A stretch of 64,000 bases of DNA from Balanoglossus misakiensis (taxonomy: Eukaryota; Animalia; Hemichordata): positions 7,456,468-7,520,467 of the forward strand of contig CM082596.2 of assembly GCA_040954595.2 (NCBI GenBank). Reading direction: 5' to 3'. Below the pieces are notes generated by a model. The model did no database searches. It was not told the origin of the DNA and saw only the letters and a program-made list of their open reading frames with translations. The translations under genes were made by a program, and so were the position numbers. The first letter of the stretch is position 1. Every line of letters begins with the position of its first letter. Of this stretch, positions 1-13,076 are shown piece by piece.

Positions 1-1802
1 AACCTCGGTACGAACGTTCAACAAGTTAGCAAAATTAAGGATTTTGTTTACATAGCCCGGACACATAGCATAGACAATATAGCATTCGCTGCTGCTATCA
101 TTAGGGGCCTATAACCATGGACTCCTACCCGTACCGCAATTTATAACCTACAGTTTTCACCAGGTACATATACTAGTATATGTATTCATTTTTACCGTGT
201 CTGTCTTGTGTTAAAGCCCGACCACATTTTTAAACGGAGAAGACATGTTACGGTTCTCGGTTACAACGTATGGTCTCATCCGAATCACACATTTTCTCTC
301 TCGTCCATCTCGCCATCTGTCTGTCGCTCTACACATCTGCCCACAGTGTCTCCTGTGTTCCTCGTGTCAAAACGCCGGTGCCTAAAACACCTGCGATCTG
401 AAGAAAACAACAAGAAAACATGTGAAGTACTCACGCCTTTTCGCGTTCTTGGGTACGCGTGCTCTCCTCACTAAAAGCGTCTGCAGCTTGTACAGAAAAG
501 GATATTTGGCGTTTCACTAGAAATCCTGTTTCATGAACAGCGACAAGGGCCCTCCAAAATGTAGTCTTTAGTTACTGGACGTCTGAAACATCCTCACTCG
601 CATTTCACGACTGTCTGTCAGTGTGCGTAAAGCCACCCATTCCTCGCGAGTAATGTGCCCCTTAATTGTGCCGAAATACAGCTGCCCATTGTTATTTTAT
701 GGCGACTCGAGAACCGCGGATAAGTCTAGGACCCCTTTTCAACATCGGCATTACAATACGAAGCACCCCCTTCAAAAACATTACCAAAGGCAAAGCACTC
801 AGCGGTATTGCGACTCTTGTTGAGCAATTTTATTTTGTGTTCAGCTGAAAGCCCTGAAAGAAGCCTGCGCTATTTTTCTCCATCAAAAGGCATAAGTAAA
901 TCGTTCGCTAGGGAGGATTGAAAACGGAGTCATGTTTCGCGCAATCGTCTTTCAGTCGTCGACACTGCCCGGTATGTTGAGAGGCGCTGTAACAATGACA
1001 GTTGACCCACACGTCGCCCTTTTTGTGTAATTTCATTGGACTGTCCATTATGGCCTTTAAGTGTCTCGGCTAGACCGCATTCAGGCGACAGATATTTACC
1101 CAACCTGCCAATAATTTAGAAGTCAATACGGGCACTTGTTGCCGTTTAAAGTGCCCGGTGCATAATGGGGGTAAACAGAGATTTTCTGTAACAGTTTCTT
1201 ACAGCTCGGGTTTTGTAAATCCATCAATCGCCTTGTCGTTCCTCTTTAAGGTCTCAGCTTGAGTAACCCCGGTTGCTATTGGCTGCATTCTTTTCCACGG
1301 ACAAGGTCGTCAAATCATTTACGTGTTATGGGTATGGGAACGGTACAGACACTTTTAAAAGGCAAATTAATATCGATTCTCATTCTTACAAGGGTAATTC
1401 GTTTTGAGAAAGTTTACACGTTTTTATTTCACATTTCCGATTACACGTTCTTCCGTATTAAGTTTTTCTTACAGGTAATTGTCAATTCTCTTTTCACTTT
1501 TTTCGAATGGTATATTACATTGACAGAAAAAAAAACTTACATCACATATCAATTACAGTGTTTTGGAGACATTTGTTGGGATTGCCACTAAAAAGGTAAA
1601 ACGAGACTCTAGGGGGCGCTGTCCATGATAATTTGTTGCAGTTTGTCACCAGGATAGGTATGCTCCTTGTTAGCAGAATAATAAACTCGACTATCAGGAA
1701 TAAAATCTAAATAGGAAATACTACGGTATCAGCTGCTGTTTCTTGTCTGAGAGAATAGTAGTCATTTTGACAGAGCGTACAAAGTGGAACAAGAAACTGC
1801 AG

Positions 1803-1995
1803 TTAAAGGTATACAGTCACCTCTAATTTACATACGCCCACATATCTGAAATGGCGTATTTGAGCGTTCTAGAGGAACATATGGTGGCGCTCTTTTTATT
1901 CGCGTGTGCCAACCACTGAAAATCTGTGATTGGCTAGATCTCAATTTGCCATGGTAACTATTTCTAATTTTACATAGGTGACCGTATACCTTTAA
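1803..1995 (+). mobile_element. MITE family A (Kolobok-like non-autonomous element), copy 1
   Basis: TTAA-AGGTATACAGTCACC...GGTGACCGTATACCT-TTAA: ~15-bp TIRs and TTAA flanks; near-identical internal sequence elsewhere in the window. Confidence 0.85.
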
Positions 1996-2759
1996 TACAC
2001 AAAATACAAAAGGCTAATGAGCCCTAAAACAGGAAAGCTATCTCTTAATATCATAAGCGTCAAACCCAAGACATCTGCAACAATGTAACTGGACGATAAT
2101 AAATTAAAAATTCGCATCTGGAACACTATCAGGTAGTAAAACACAGGTACAATGAAAAAAAGAAGAAATTTTAAAAATAGGATATTTTTGCACAGAACCC
2201 AGCATTAGCAACAGGGCAGTCAAGCAAAATGCATCCCCTACACTTAGAGATATTTGAAGTTAACCTATTGTTTTCCTGGCTTGTCTCACTCTGGTTTCAG
2301 GGGTGGGTGGGGGTGGGTAATGACGGCAACAACTTTGCCAGTGGGCCGAATCTACTTCACATTGTTTTTAGATTTACAGAATAACAATTCTGTCCACACA
2401 TAGTGTGTAATGAACGACACTAGGTACGTGTCCTGAAGGGCAGCCCGGGTCATTCACTTCCTTGTGACAGAAAAATAAAAGCAGTTGGATAAATGCACAC
2501 ATTGGACTAAATTATTTCTTACATGAGTATGTGCATCAATATTAATGTTATCGAAGTTTTGAAATAGTCACGACTCAACCCTGTTTTGAAAGCTGAGTAT
2601 ATTATAATCTGAAAGATTCAGAAATTTAAATTTACTTTACGATCTAAGGATAAATGCCCGTACATAGCTAGAGCACAACGTGGAGAAGACAGAGGTCACG
2701 GAGGTACAAAGGGTGAAAGGTCATACGTCACTGGGGTGCGAAGGTGAAAAGGTGGTCTA

Positions 2760-5700
2760 TCACGACTGGTCCGACTCTGCTTGCTGTACCGGCGCCGGTG
2801 ACGGGACTTGGGTCGGGGGCGCCACAGAGGTGTTGATGGGGAACGAGGGGAGGGGGGCGGGGCCCGGAATGGTGGCGAACGACGCCGGGAGGGGCCCCGG
2901 GGGCGGGATTTTGAAGTCGGCCGGAAGCGAGACGGCCGGCATGGGTATCGACGACGGCAGGGAGAGCGGGGGGTTCGGTATCGACCCCGCCCCCATCGCC
3001 GTGGTCGACGGATTCGTCAGCCCCTGCGCAGCCGGAAATTGAATATTCATGTTGGCGAGGCCGGGTATGCTCGGTAGAGTCATCGGGGCTGAAAGATACA
3101 AAAAAAATGTCAGTCAGTGAGAGAAACAAAAGACTAGAAAAAAAAATGAAATTTACTCGTAACTATTTCCACACATTCCCAATAAGTACACCTCAAAAGG
3201 GAACTGACAGACCACAATTCGGTCTTCAGGATCAAACAACACGCCAAATTCTTTCCTCTAATCATACAAAAAAACTTTCACTTTCTTCTGCACATACTGA
3301 TGCACACATGAAAAAATCCTGTTAGACAGTGGCTGAAGTTACACCCCCCCCCCCCAACATAAAAGATCCTTGATCAGTAGCCTTTTAATGGAACAGACCG
3401 ATGATTCAATCATAAAACACAGTCAAACCTGTGTTAGTGGCCACTCTGTTACAGTGCCAGTGCAATTAAAGGCCAGTTTAGGAAAGTCCCTTGACTGGCC
3501 ACTCTTGACAGGTTTGACTGCGTTTTTTTCACCAGTTATCAGCCTCTCGTCATACTCGAATCAAAGAAACTTACTTGGTGGTAACATGGCCGAACCTGCT
3601 GTGGACACCGGCGCATACGTTCCACCCGCAGCCGTTGATGGTATGACGGGGATCGTCGGGGTACCACCGGCAGTCAGGGGACTGGTCACACCCGTGGACA
3701 CATTCACTGGAACGGTTGTTCCTAACGATAACGCCGATACTCCCGTTTCTATCCCAGCCGTCGTCGTATGAGGTGAACCCGATAATGAAACCTGAAACGA
3801 AATCATGGCAGGTTATAAAACTGAAACTATTGCTAGTATTATACTTTAGCTCAGGCCATATGCACATAAAATAACACATACAGTAAAATAGCAATTAATT
3901 AAGGTAAAAAAAAGTTAACTAGGGACATTTCTCTGTTTCCAGAATGTTTATTGAAAATAGGAATCTATGAATCACTAGGATTTAAAACAAAGTTAGCCAG
4001 TCCTATCATTATTTTACACTCAGGTGGATTATTTTGTAGATTTTTTGATCAATCAGCTCCAACAGTGAAATTATAACATTTCTGCTTTTACAATATCTTT
4101 CTTGTGTTTGAAGACTTACCTCTGAAAATCCGTCAGGAGGTGGAGTGACTGACGACAATGGTTGTGGGGGTATAGACGGATCTGCAGGGGGCGATGGCAT
4201 GCCTTCAAACTGCTTTGTTGGTATCCTATGCAAATAACCGTAGCCTATACCACAGCCGAGACTGTGAAGAAAAAAATACAATCACCGCCGTGTCAGTGAA
4301 GTCTAGCTACCGAGCATACAACCGCAAATAGTCAACACTATTACAGCAGGGTAAATCCTGTGGGGAGATTTTTTGTTTTGTTTGAGTGAAAGTAGCTAAA
4401 TTGTCCATCAGTTGCGTTTTCACACGAAAAGTTTGGAGTGGCTTCTTGACTATTACGAAAAGCACAGGCACGAAGTATGAACGTCTCAGGTGCAGAATTT
4501 TTCTCCATATCACTGTTAAAATGATCGACCTACACTCACTTGTGTTTACTGTAAAAACACTTTATTTTCGCGAGCAATAAATTTTCGCGTAATACGCGAG
4601 AGCCAAAATAGCGTGAAAATAAAAAGTCGCGTAAATTTTTTTGAAGATAACGATGCAGTTGTGAAATACGAGAACGCGAAATTAATCCTCGCGAAACAGT
4701 GGCCTCTCATGATATCGCGAAAAATTTCAACTCGCAAAAATAAAGTGTTTTACAGTATATAAACTCACTCACCTTCCTTCACCTCCCCAGTTTGAATTCG
4801 GAGTAAGTGTGACTTCTCTGACGCCGTCCGTTTCCACGTTGTATACATATAATTTTAGAGGTCTACCTTCATGGGATTCTATCAGGGAAAACAAGTCTTC
4901 CGACTGAAAGCGAGAAAGAGACAGGAATTATTATCTGTTGCATCACTGAACATTCTCTCTCTCGTGGACTGATCCTTAAAAGCATGCTATGGACATACAC
5001 AGACAGACACGTGCACACACAGACGGACACACAGATGGACACACATTACTCACCTCATGGAGTACAGAGTCAGCTCCTATGATATAATCTGTATTCGACC
5101 TAAGACCTGCATAATCAGCTGGACCATTGGGTTGTACATCCTGCAATAATGAATAAAAGACAATGAGTACACATACCATTAATAGCCCTGTAGTTACTAT
5201 AGACTAACAAGACACAAACAGTATAATACCATATGGTAAGTGCAAAAGTCCCTTGACACTATTCTTGTGATTGAAGATTTTGACTGTAGGCAATTCGCAA
5301 CAGGTGAAACGTGGAATCACTTTCTATAGAACACTGCAGTAGACTGCAGGCAGCATTTTATTCCGGGGGTAAGGCTTTTGCGAACTCTGCTGTTTACCTT
5401 AAAGGTATACAGTCACCCCCAATTTACATACGCCCATATATGGCTGAATGAAATGGCATATTTGAGCGTTCTAAAGAACATATGGTGGCACTCTTTTTTT
5501 CGCCACCCACTGAAAATCTGTGATTGGTTAGATCTCATTTTGCCATGGTACATTTTGTAACTATAGCTAATTTTCCATAGGTGACCGTATACCTTTAACA
5601 GTCCTAAATCCTAACCACTGGTCCAGTGAATACTCTCTACTGCACTGAACTATACTTGGACTAAGAGAGAGAGATACTCGGGGGAAATTTTGAAGGTAAC

Positions 5701-6951
5701 ATATAATAGAGTCTCGCGCTTTACTCACCAAGACATGCCACACATTTTCATTGGCCCCTTCAAAGGAACAGAATCGAATGCTAACTCCCAGAAGCCCCTG
5801 GCCGCCCCAGGCATTGCTGGGCGTCAACATGACTTCTCTCGTCTTCAGAGACTTGCTGCTGTACACCAACATCCTCACCGGTTTCTCCATGTTACTTTTC
5901 AAGATTTCTTTCAACGTGTCATTGTCTTTGTCCTGAAATTAAGGAAGGTAAACACATGTATTTTATAACTCATACAATCCCTACAACCATCTACTGGTGA
6001 GGTGGCGAAATCGTTTTTTTTTTTTAATGCAGATGGAAATTTTTAATGAAAAGGATTAGGAACAACCAGATGTACTCACCAGTCTCTGGTTGCCAATAGC
6101 AACAATAAAGTCAAAGAAAGCCTCTAAGCCAGCCTTGTGCCCGGGGGAATTCTCCTGTACCTACAGGTGAGAAAAGTAAACCAGTTATACATCATTAGTA
6201 AAACTACAGTTTTAAGCAGCAATAAATGCACATTGCAGCACAGTTATTTTCAATTGGTTAAGAGATAACCTACATTTATAAACAGTGGGCACACAGTCTA
6301 CAGTATGGTTCAAGTTTCTATGCGCATATCGAATGATGACGAAGAATTAGGGTTAGGGATTTTTGCAGAGTCCAATTTTGTTAACATCTGAAATGGACAC
6401 GTTGAGGCGACGTGTCGATGCGGGCACTCGCCTCGTACGGTTGATTGCATTAGCACATCGACAGGTACGGTGGTTTGACCGTTGGCAAGATTCGATTTGT
6501 CCGCATTATGGGCTGTGTTTAAATTTGCCAATGGTGACTGTGCAACACAATAACATTTGTTTGCACGGTTACGACACCGGTGCATACCGATTCGTACGTC
6601 CGCGTCCGATCTCATCGCCGTGAGTGATGGCTCTCTAGTTAGCCCCTCCGCGCCGCTGGGGTCAAGCGATGCGATCAGAGAAGACAATGACGATTGGTTT
6701 TATCAAAACGATCACTGCCGTGAAATCAAACTTAAATCATACCTTCTTTATCATGTTTATCATTAGTCAAAAGCGTTCCACATGTTACACTGGTTCCGAC
6801 TTCCTGACCCGACATGCATGTACAACTATGACCCGGTGCCAGACAAGGAGATGTTTTGACAGTAAAACACGCAGATATTTTCACTTACCCTCAAGACGTG
6901 GTATCCTTCCGAGCCGCCTCCCGGCACCTCTGCACTTGAAGCACCGCCCAT
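2760..6951 (-). CDS. GORASP2: Golgi reassembly-stacking protein (GRASP55/65 family), 8 coding exons, ~417 aa
   Basis: Exons 6889-6951, 6080-6160, 5729-5932, 5054-5140, 4773-4903, 4120-4261, 3575-3791, 2760-3088; all GT-AG and phase-consistent (1254 nt). Translation [21 protein letters not shown]|[27 protein letters not shown]|[12 protein letters not shown]...[27 protein letters not shown]|DVQPNGPA...[20 protein letters not shown] is the recognisable tandem-PDZ GRASP domain with myristoylatable Gly2, followed by a Pro/Ser-rich tail. An invertebrate gene may be co-orthologous to GORASP1 and GORASP2. Confidence 0.96.
3420..3520. mobile_element. MITE family C (CAGTCAAACCTGT TIR, Tc1/mariner/pogo-like ends)
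   Basis: CAGTCAAACCTGT...ACAGGTTTGACTG; longer relative at 37765-37944. Confidence 0.7.
4547..4757. mobile_element. MITE family B (TA-flanked, CTGTAAAA TIR)
   Basis: TA-CTGTAAAAACACTTTATTTT...AAAATAAAGTGTTTTACAG-TA, with internal CGCGAAAA repeats. Confidence 0.8.
5399..5598 (+). mobile_element. MITE family A, copy 2 (GORASP intron 3)
   Basis: Same TIRs, TTAA flanks and internal sequence as 1803-1995. Confidence 0.85.
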
Positions 6952-7413
6952 GGCCCCGCTCCGTCAAAATGCGATCACCGAGCAGACAGCAATGGACACA
7001 CCAACCACAGTCAGCTGCCTCAAACAAAATGGCGACCAAACATACGTGGCAAGCAAGCACTGAGCATTGTGGGAGATAGTTCAAAGGTCAACGACCCCTA
7101 AAGATGCGCTGGGGTTCCCCAATCAAAACGGGCCTGTTTTTTTTTAAACTCAAAAGCACTTTTATTTCAAATCGTTCATTTAAACAAATTAAAATAAAGA
7201 CAACAGACAGATTACATAGCAATCGCGACATTGAAAATGTACCACTCTTTAAAAAACCAAAGTTGATTTTTTGATCGTGACAAGTCATAGCAACCCTCTA
7301 AAATTCAACACCGGCAATAGTTAGTGAGTGCAGGGGCTGCCCCTTGCCCTACATTTGGTGAAATACAAGAAACTTTATCTGAAGAAATTGCGCCACACCA
7401 CAAAGAGAGCATG

Positions 7414-7853
7414 TCAATGACTATCATAGCGTAGTAAAGTACTTTGTTTTACCAAACAATGAAAGAAAACCGTGATAATGCATTCACAATATCGCGATAT
7501 TGCATCATTTATTCCTAAAATCGCCTCATAAAATTTTAGCACTAATTTCCGTGTTTTGTTATCTCGTCTGTGCCTTCTCAAGTTTATCCACAAGTAACCG
7601 CCTCCCAGACTGACATCAACCGCCGGCAAGTTCTTTAACACGAGTGTGACGTCACAGATAGGACCTGTTGGTGAGTACACAAAATCAAGTTTGAAAAGTT
7701 ATAGATCACAGCCAGGAGAAATCTGTAAGTGGGACTTGTGTAGATTCGGGTGACGAGGGGTCGAATAATATGAAGGTGCAGAAATATGCATGGCGAAAAA
7801 TAGCTTTACATCTAGTCCTTGCAAGCCACCCCTCCCTCCCTCTCTCTCTCTCT

Positions 7854-7884
<31 letters not shown>

Positions 7885-7886
7885 CT

Positions 7887-7927
<41 letters not shown>

Positions 7928-8990
7928 GCCCCCTCTCCCTCCCGCCCCCTCTCCCGCCCCCTCTCAGTATCTACGACTAGTACTCATCTACCTCCCACCT
8001 TTCTAAAGCTCCTTGTATGCACTTTTGCAACTGCGATGTGGCTGTTGACGTCTCGGTGTTACTGGCACGCTTTCTTTCTTCCCTTTGAACTTATTCGACA
8101 ATTTGTTGTCAGTTATGATGAGTTTTTCTGTTAAGATATTATTAATACGATCATTTTGAGTTACGAGCTATTAAGTTATTATAAGAAAATGCATATTGGA
8201 GATGTGATTCCTGAAATCAAAATTGTAAGAAGGGAAAATTTATATTTTGAAATTTTCCTACAAGAGAATGATGATTCCCGAATATGTATACGCCTCAAAA
8301 TACAAGTCTTTATTTTTTTCTGAAATTTTGCTAAAGGTAATATAACTTTAGATTATTCAATGTTTTTTTTTCTCGAAAATACTCCCAATAAACTTTTATA
8401 TAGCAGAGAATTAAAAGATTTGGGGACTGATTTTGCTGAAAAATGTCCCCGAGGCGCGTACTAAATAAACATGTTTTCAATGCATTGCAAGGTACACGTG
8501 TATCATTTGCTTTACACTTTTCAACTGAATGGGACCTTTATCCCAACGATAAAAAAACGTTTATCATATGCACTTAGTTGTACTCAAGTGTGTACGTAAA
8601 TGCCAGTATTGATAACCTACCGAGTTTGCCTCGTGTAAAACGCATCGGAGACGTGGCCTTCATGCCCACAGCAGCCGGGGTAACCCAAAGCATCATGTAC
8701 TCGAAGACCACAATGACTGTGATGATAATCATCAGCAGCAAATCGACCAGTAAGGCCAAGATGTGGACGACGAATTTCAACAACTGCAGGAAGCAGTGCA
8801 GGATTTTTAACACGACATAAAACAGGAACGAGAACGGCGTCAATACGATTTCTGGCGAAAAATAAACAAAAGGGTAAACGGATGAACGGTAATTCACACG
8901 TCAACATGATAACGGCCAGAGTAGGTTATTGTGGAATACTTATAACCACTTGAAGTCATAACAACGATACTAACCTTTCACCTGCGCCAT
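7414..8990 (-). CDS. Putative 3-exon gene, ~165 aa hydrophobic/membrane protein of unknown function
   Basis: Exon 8975-8990 (aacATGG context, MAQVK G|gttagt), exon 8621-8851 (strong polypyrimidine acceptor, donor G|gtaggt), exon 7414-7664 (acceptor caacag|GT). Both introns phase 1 and frame-consistent. AATAAA on the minus strand at 7161-7166; CpG-rich region upstream (~9190-9290). About 50 hydrophobic residues (IVLTPFSFLFYVVLKILHCFLQLLKFVVHILALLVDLLLMIIITVIVVF). Confidence 0.55.
7829..7965. repeat. (CT)n / C-rich microsatellite
   Basis: Directly visible CT dinucleotide run with C-rich ends. Confidence 0.95.
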
Positions 8991-9691
8991 GTTAAAATCG
9001 TTATTTCATATCAAACGACAATGTTCGAGTTCGACAGATGCCTGTCGTTTGACATACACAGATCCAACACAACTCACTGTACTCGACTGGTGTGACTAGA
9101 TATGATGACAAACGAAACTCGCAGTTGCACAACCGTTATAAGAACGAAGGAACAACATTTTGGTGTTCTATGATTGTTCGATTGCAACTTGCGCGCGCGC
9201 ACTTTCCTCCTTTTATCATGCGCGCGCCGTCAGTTCGACAAACGCCGCGTGCGTTGAAACTTGTTTTTGACGCGGGCGCGGGTAACTATTCGCTGAACTT
9301 ATAATGTCATTTGGTGTGACCTGTTTCTACGCCAATTTAAAAACACAGCGAATTAGTTGATAAGCATGTAAATGTCGACTCTTTATTTCATCACTGACAT
9401 CTTCCAAATATTTTGCAACTATGGTTTTTAGCCGCCGGGCGACCGTACAAATTGATGATCAAGTTTCACATAAAATGACTGAAAAGAAATAAACGGGATA
9501 ACGTTTGTCTCTATGAGGAATCAACTAACAAGACACATTATTTCCCTCCTGGTAGCGGTTGGTAATTAGCATTTGAGCTCTGCCCACTGATTGGCGTCAC
9601 ATATCAAAAGCATCTATATGCTGAAAAACTTGGTCATTAACATATTCAAAATGATCAATAAAAGAGTCTTCAAAAAGTCAAATTCTGTAAT

Positions 9692-10824
9692 TTATGCTTG
9701 GGGCAACAGTGGGCTTGTCTCGTCGCTCTCTTGGTCACGGCCAGCTGGGCTGTTTTCCAGCGCTGCTATCGTGGCTTTGAAATCTTCGGTAAAATCCGAA
9801 ACTGTCTCCTTGATGTCTTCGGCAACTTTCGGGACTTTCTTGAACTCGCCGATGTTGTGCTTGGCGCTGACCACAGCCCCGGGGACCTGCATTGGCGCCA
9901 GACCACAATTCTTCACCGAGTTGATTATTTGCGGGGCCCGCTCGTCCAGTATGTCCTTGGCTCGAGCTATTGCGTCCGGGAGCAATTTCACGATCCCCGT
10001 CGCCGTGTCGCTGATCTTACCCATTGATTCTTCGAGTTTAGCGGCGATGTCTTCGACGTTCTGGTCTTTGTGACCACTTTTTGGACCGGTGGTAAGTACA
10101 AATTTTGGGCCGTTTTCGAGTCGCAATTTCAAATTGGCTGTAGGTGATAAACAATGGAGGGAACTCCTTGTTAGAAATACTCCGGGCTATGTTAGAAAGT
10201 GAAAGCAAGAAAATTCATACCTACTGTCTATGATACAATACACATGAAAATCTGAAAACGACAGAAGTTTAACCAAATGATGATTGATGGTGGCTCTTTA
10301 ATAACGTGACCTTGTGACAGATGACATCTTTTAATTTTGTTAAACAACAACAGCAACAACAACAACGACAACAACGTCAAACAAAGATGCAACCAGAAGG
10401 AGACAGCTTACGGTATTTTGCTTTCAGATCCACCACCGTGTCTTTCAGACTGTCTTCCTTGTCGTGTCCAGCGGCCTCCTTGAAATTGTTCACCGCCTGT
10501 TGGAACGCCTTCCTCGTGTCCACCGCCTCGTTGAACGGAGAGGCGGCGTCATCGAAAATCTTATCTATGTTGTCGATCTTCATCGATTTCATGTTCAGTT
10601 TCTTGACGTCCTTGGCCGCTTGACTTTTCTGCGAAGAGCAGAGAACGAAACCGAATCAGTAGAGACCATCTTAGACTCTCTGTAGCTCCCGGCCTCGGTG
10701 ATAAGCACCAAAGAGGCCTGTATCTGCGTCTTTCTACGAATATTTGTCATTCGTTCAAGTATATATGTCATGATAGAGAGCAGCTCCGTTGGGTACTTAC
10801 ACAACAACAACACTTGTTTCCCAT
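9692..10824 (-). CDS. Lipidated helical protein family, paralogue 1 (~228 aa), unknown function
   Basis: Exons 10801-10824 (MGNKCCCC|gtaagt), 10412-10628, 9692-10137; intron phases 0 and 1; GC-rich codons. Core KKLNMKSMKIDNIDKIFDDAASPFN...YPNLKLRLENGPKFVL...HNIGEFKKVP; C-terminal ETSPLL. Confidence 0.88.
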
Positions 10825-11041
10825 GGTCACCCGGCTTGAAAATTGACGAATGGTAGAAATGCTAGAAAACGTCTCAGGTCTGCAACTATCTCTGAACTGT
10901 GTTAACAGGACTCAGAAAATGAGACTACACAAGTGACAACGCAATGCACACGGTGCATCAAGCAGTACTAAGTAAAAGCTCGGTCACCGGATTGCGGCGT
11001 TCCGTATCCTTATTTCTATTTTTGGCGTTATTTTGAGGTCA

Positions 11042-11051
11042 GGAAATTCCC
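11042..11051 (-). promoter_or_regulatory. NF-kB consensus site (GGGAATTTCC) upstream of paralogue 1
   Basis: Exact GGGRNWYYCC match 218 nt upstream of the ATG at 10824. Confidence 0.45.
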
Positions 11052-11368
11052 AGTAAACGTTGTTTGTCGCTCTGTTGCTCTTTTGTTCATCAAGAAGCCC
11101 ACCACGCAAGCGCGTGGGAGGAAGAACGCGTGAGGCACACGTCACTTTAGCCGGTGAACGAACTTTCTAAGGTTGAACTTTCTCGAACTAACTTGTGCAG
11201 CAAGTCTGTTACTACCCCCGGCAGTAGCCTACCGCGATAGATTTGGGGTGGGGATTGGCGCTCTGTCGCTGGAAATCGTAGCTGCTTCTAAAACGGCATT
11301 CTAGATGTGAGAAGACACAGATTTCTATAGCTAAATGAAAGTCACCCTTGTGGGAGCACCAATTATCA

Positions 11369-11384
11369 GAAACGAAAGTGAAAG
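11369..11384 (+). promoter_or_regulatory. IRF-E/ISRE-like element (GAAACGAAAGTGAAAG) upstream of paralogue 1
   Basis: Triple GAAA including the canonical GAAAGTGAAAG, ~550 nt upstream of the ATG. Confidence 0.4.
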
Positions 11385-12577
11385 CGTTCATTTTTGTTTG
11401 CCGGAAGTGATATGCCAGGGCCGTAACCCGACCACCACTAACTTAAACAGTAAGTTAAATACCCCTCTTGTATATGTATATCCTGCGGTTGTAACGTTGG
11501 CTCATTTAAATACTGGTACAAATCTTGCTATTGGGAAAATGTGTCACGTTGTACATTTATGCATTCGTGGACTTTGGAAATGGACATTGAGTAATTTCTA
11601 TAGTTTGCTTTCGGCTTTGCCTGGGTCGTTTTTCTTATATACATATACATGTACTGGCAAAAGTGTATCGACTGGCCCAGTACACACCTAGTACCAGTAC
11701 CATGTCCTCTCCATACCTTCTATAGTGAGTAAATTTTACCGGAAAGGAGTGTGTGACCTTCGCACCGTCTTGAATAAACTTAACATCCAAATAGTTGTTT
11801 TGGTATATACTATCCTCTTTATTTACCCAAAAATCTTAACTATCGCACTATGTACCATAAAACTATCCAACTAATATGACATATAGTATGTCACAGTACA
11901 AACTAAACATACTTGAAAACTATCCAGCACCTTTGCAATTTGATTTTGTGATTTAGGACATATAGATTTTTTGTGACCACTATCGATGTTCAATACTTTT
12001 TTATAAGATTTAGATTTTTACAGAAACTAAACAGAGAATCCAAGGCATCATTGCAGAGAAAATTTCAGTACATAAAATACAATGCTTGTACAGTCACCAA
12101 GCTTGTAGTTTGTGACACCAAAACAGAACCACTAAACTCCCGCAGTTATTATACTGCCAACTTTTCATTCCACGTTAAGTTACCTGTAATGCCAACCCGC
12201 GTAACCATCATTCTAAATATCTTACTATAACATATCATGAAATTATTAAATGCGAAGTTATGTGGGGGGTTCAACTCACTAATAAAGCGACGAACCTTCC
12301 CCGAAAACGACTCAAAACATGCCAAAATAACGTATCTGACTATCTTATCCAGCCTATATCAACTCACGACCTTGTCAACACGTGAAATACAAATAACTTC
12401 TTCAATTTATTCTGATTTTTAAATTTAAAAAAGATCTATTCTAACTACTTGTATATATAACTACAGTAATGTACTTAAAGTTACTTACATCAGCTCTTGA
12501 AACTACAATCTCAAGCAGAAATCTAACACAACTGCATGCCTATTAATGAAACCAATACATCGTTTATGTGTATTAAC

Positions 12578-12680
12578 GTTAAATCTCAATCTGATTAAAA
12601 TCAGATGTAGGGCACGGCGACTTGGTCCAAGTCCCCGTTCCCGTTCCCTACATCTGATTTTAATCAGATTGGTTAAATTT
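12578..12680. mobile_element. 85-bp foldback mini-element with 26-bp TIRs and a 9-bp TSD (Mutator-like)
   Basis: 12587-12671: CAATCTGATTAAAATCAGATGTAGGG...CCCTACATCTGATTTTAATCAGATTG, flanked by GTTAAATCT / GTTAAATTT. Confidence 0.7.
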
Positions 12681-13076
12681 CAGAGTAAATGCAAAGGACG
12701 GACTCGCCATCAGCTATCCCCCGGTATTATTTGGCGTTGCGAATCGTGATTTCAGTTTGTCAAGCTTCGAACTTGCATACTAGACGTTGTCAATCACCAC
12801 AGCACAGTTCTTCTCCCATCTCGACATGTCACTATTAAGGAGCAGCACCCCCTGACAAGCCATCAACACCTTCTTGCATGAATTAAAGTCACACGTGACT
12901 TTGACAATCTAATGATTGAGATATTACAAATTTTAAGACTACTTTTGTTATTTCATGTCATTTAAAGATAAATATCGTGAGAGTAGAGGTTAAACTTTGC
13001 ACCACAAGAAGTACTAGTATCCAGTACAACAATTTCCTCGATAAAATTATTTCATTTGATTTATTCGGATCTTAAT

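Noticed and set aside
1-1100. Possible 5' end of another minus-strand gene (acceptor near 398, donor near 434, open frame 1-108, CpG-rich flank)
   Set aside because: No consistent start or phase could be built and the window truncates it.
7770-8134. Ser/Leu-repeat ORFs
   Set aside because: Translation of the (CT)n microsatellite.
8700-8885. Plus-strand coiled-coil-like reading with in-frame stops (pseudogene?)
   Set aside because: Better explained as the antisense of the open, hydrophobic minus-strand exon 8621-8851.
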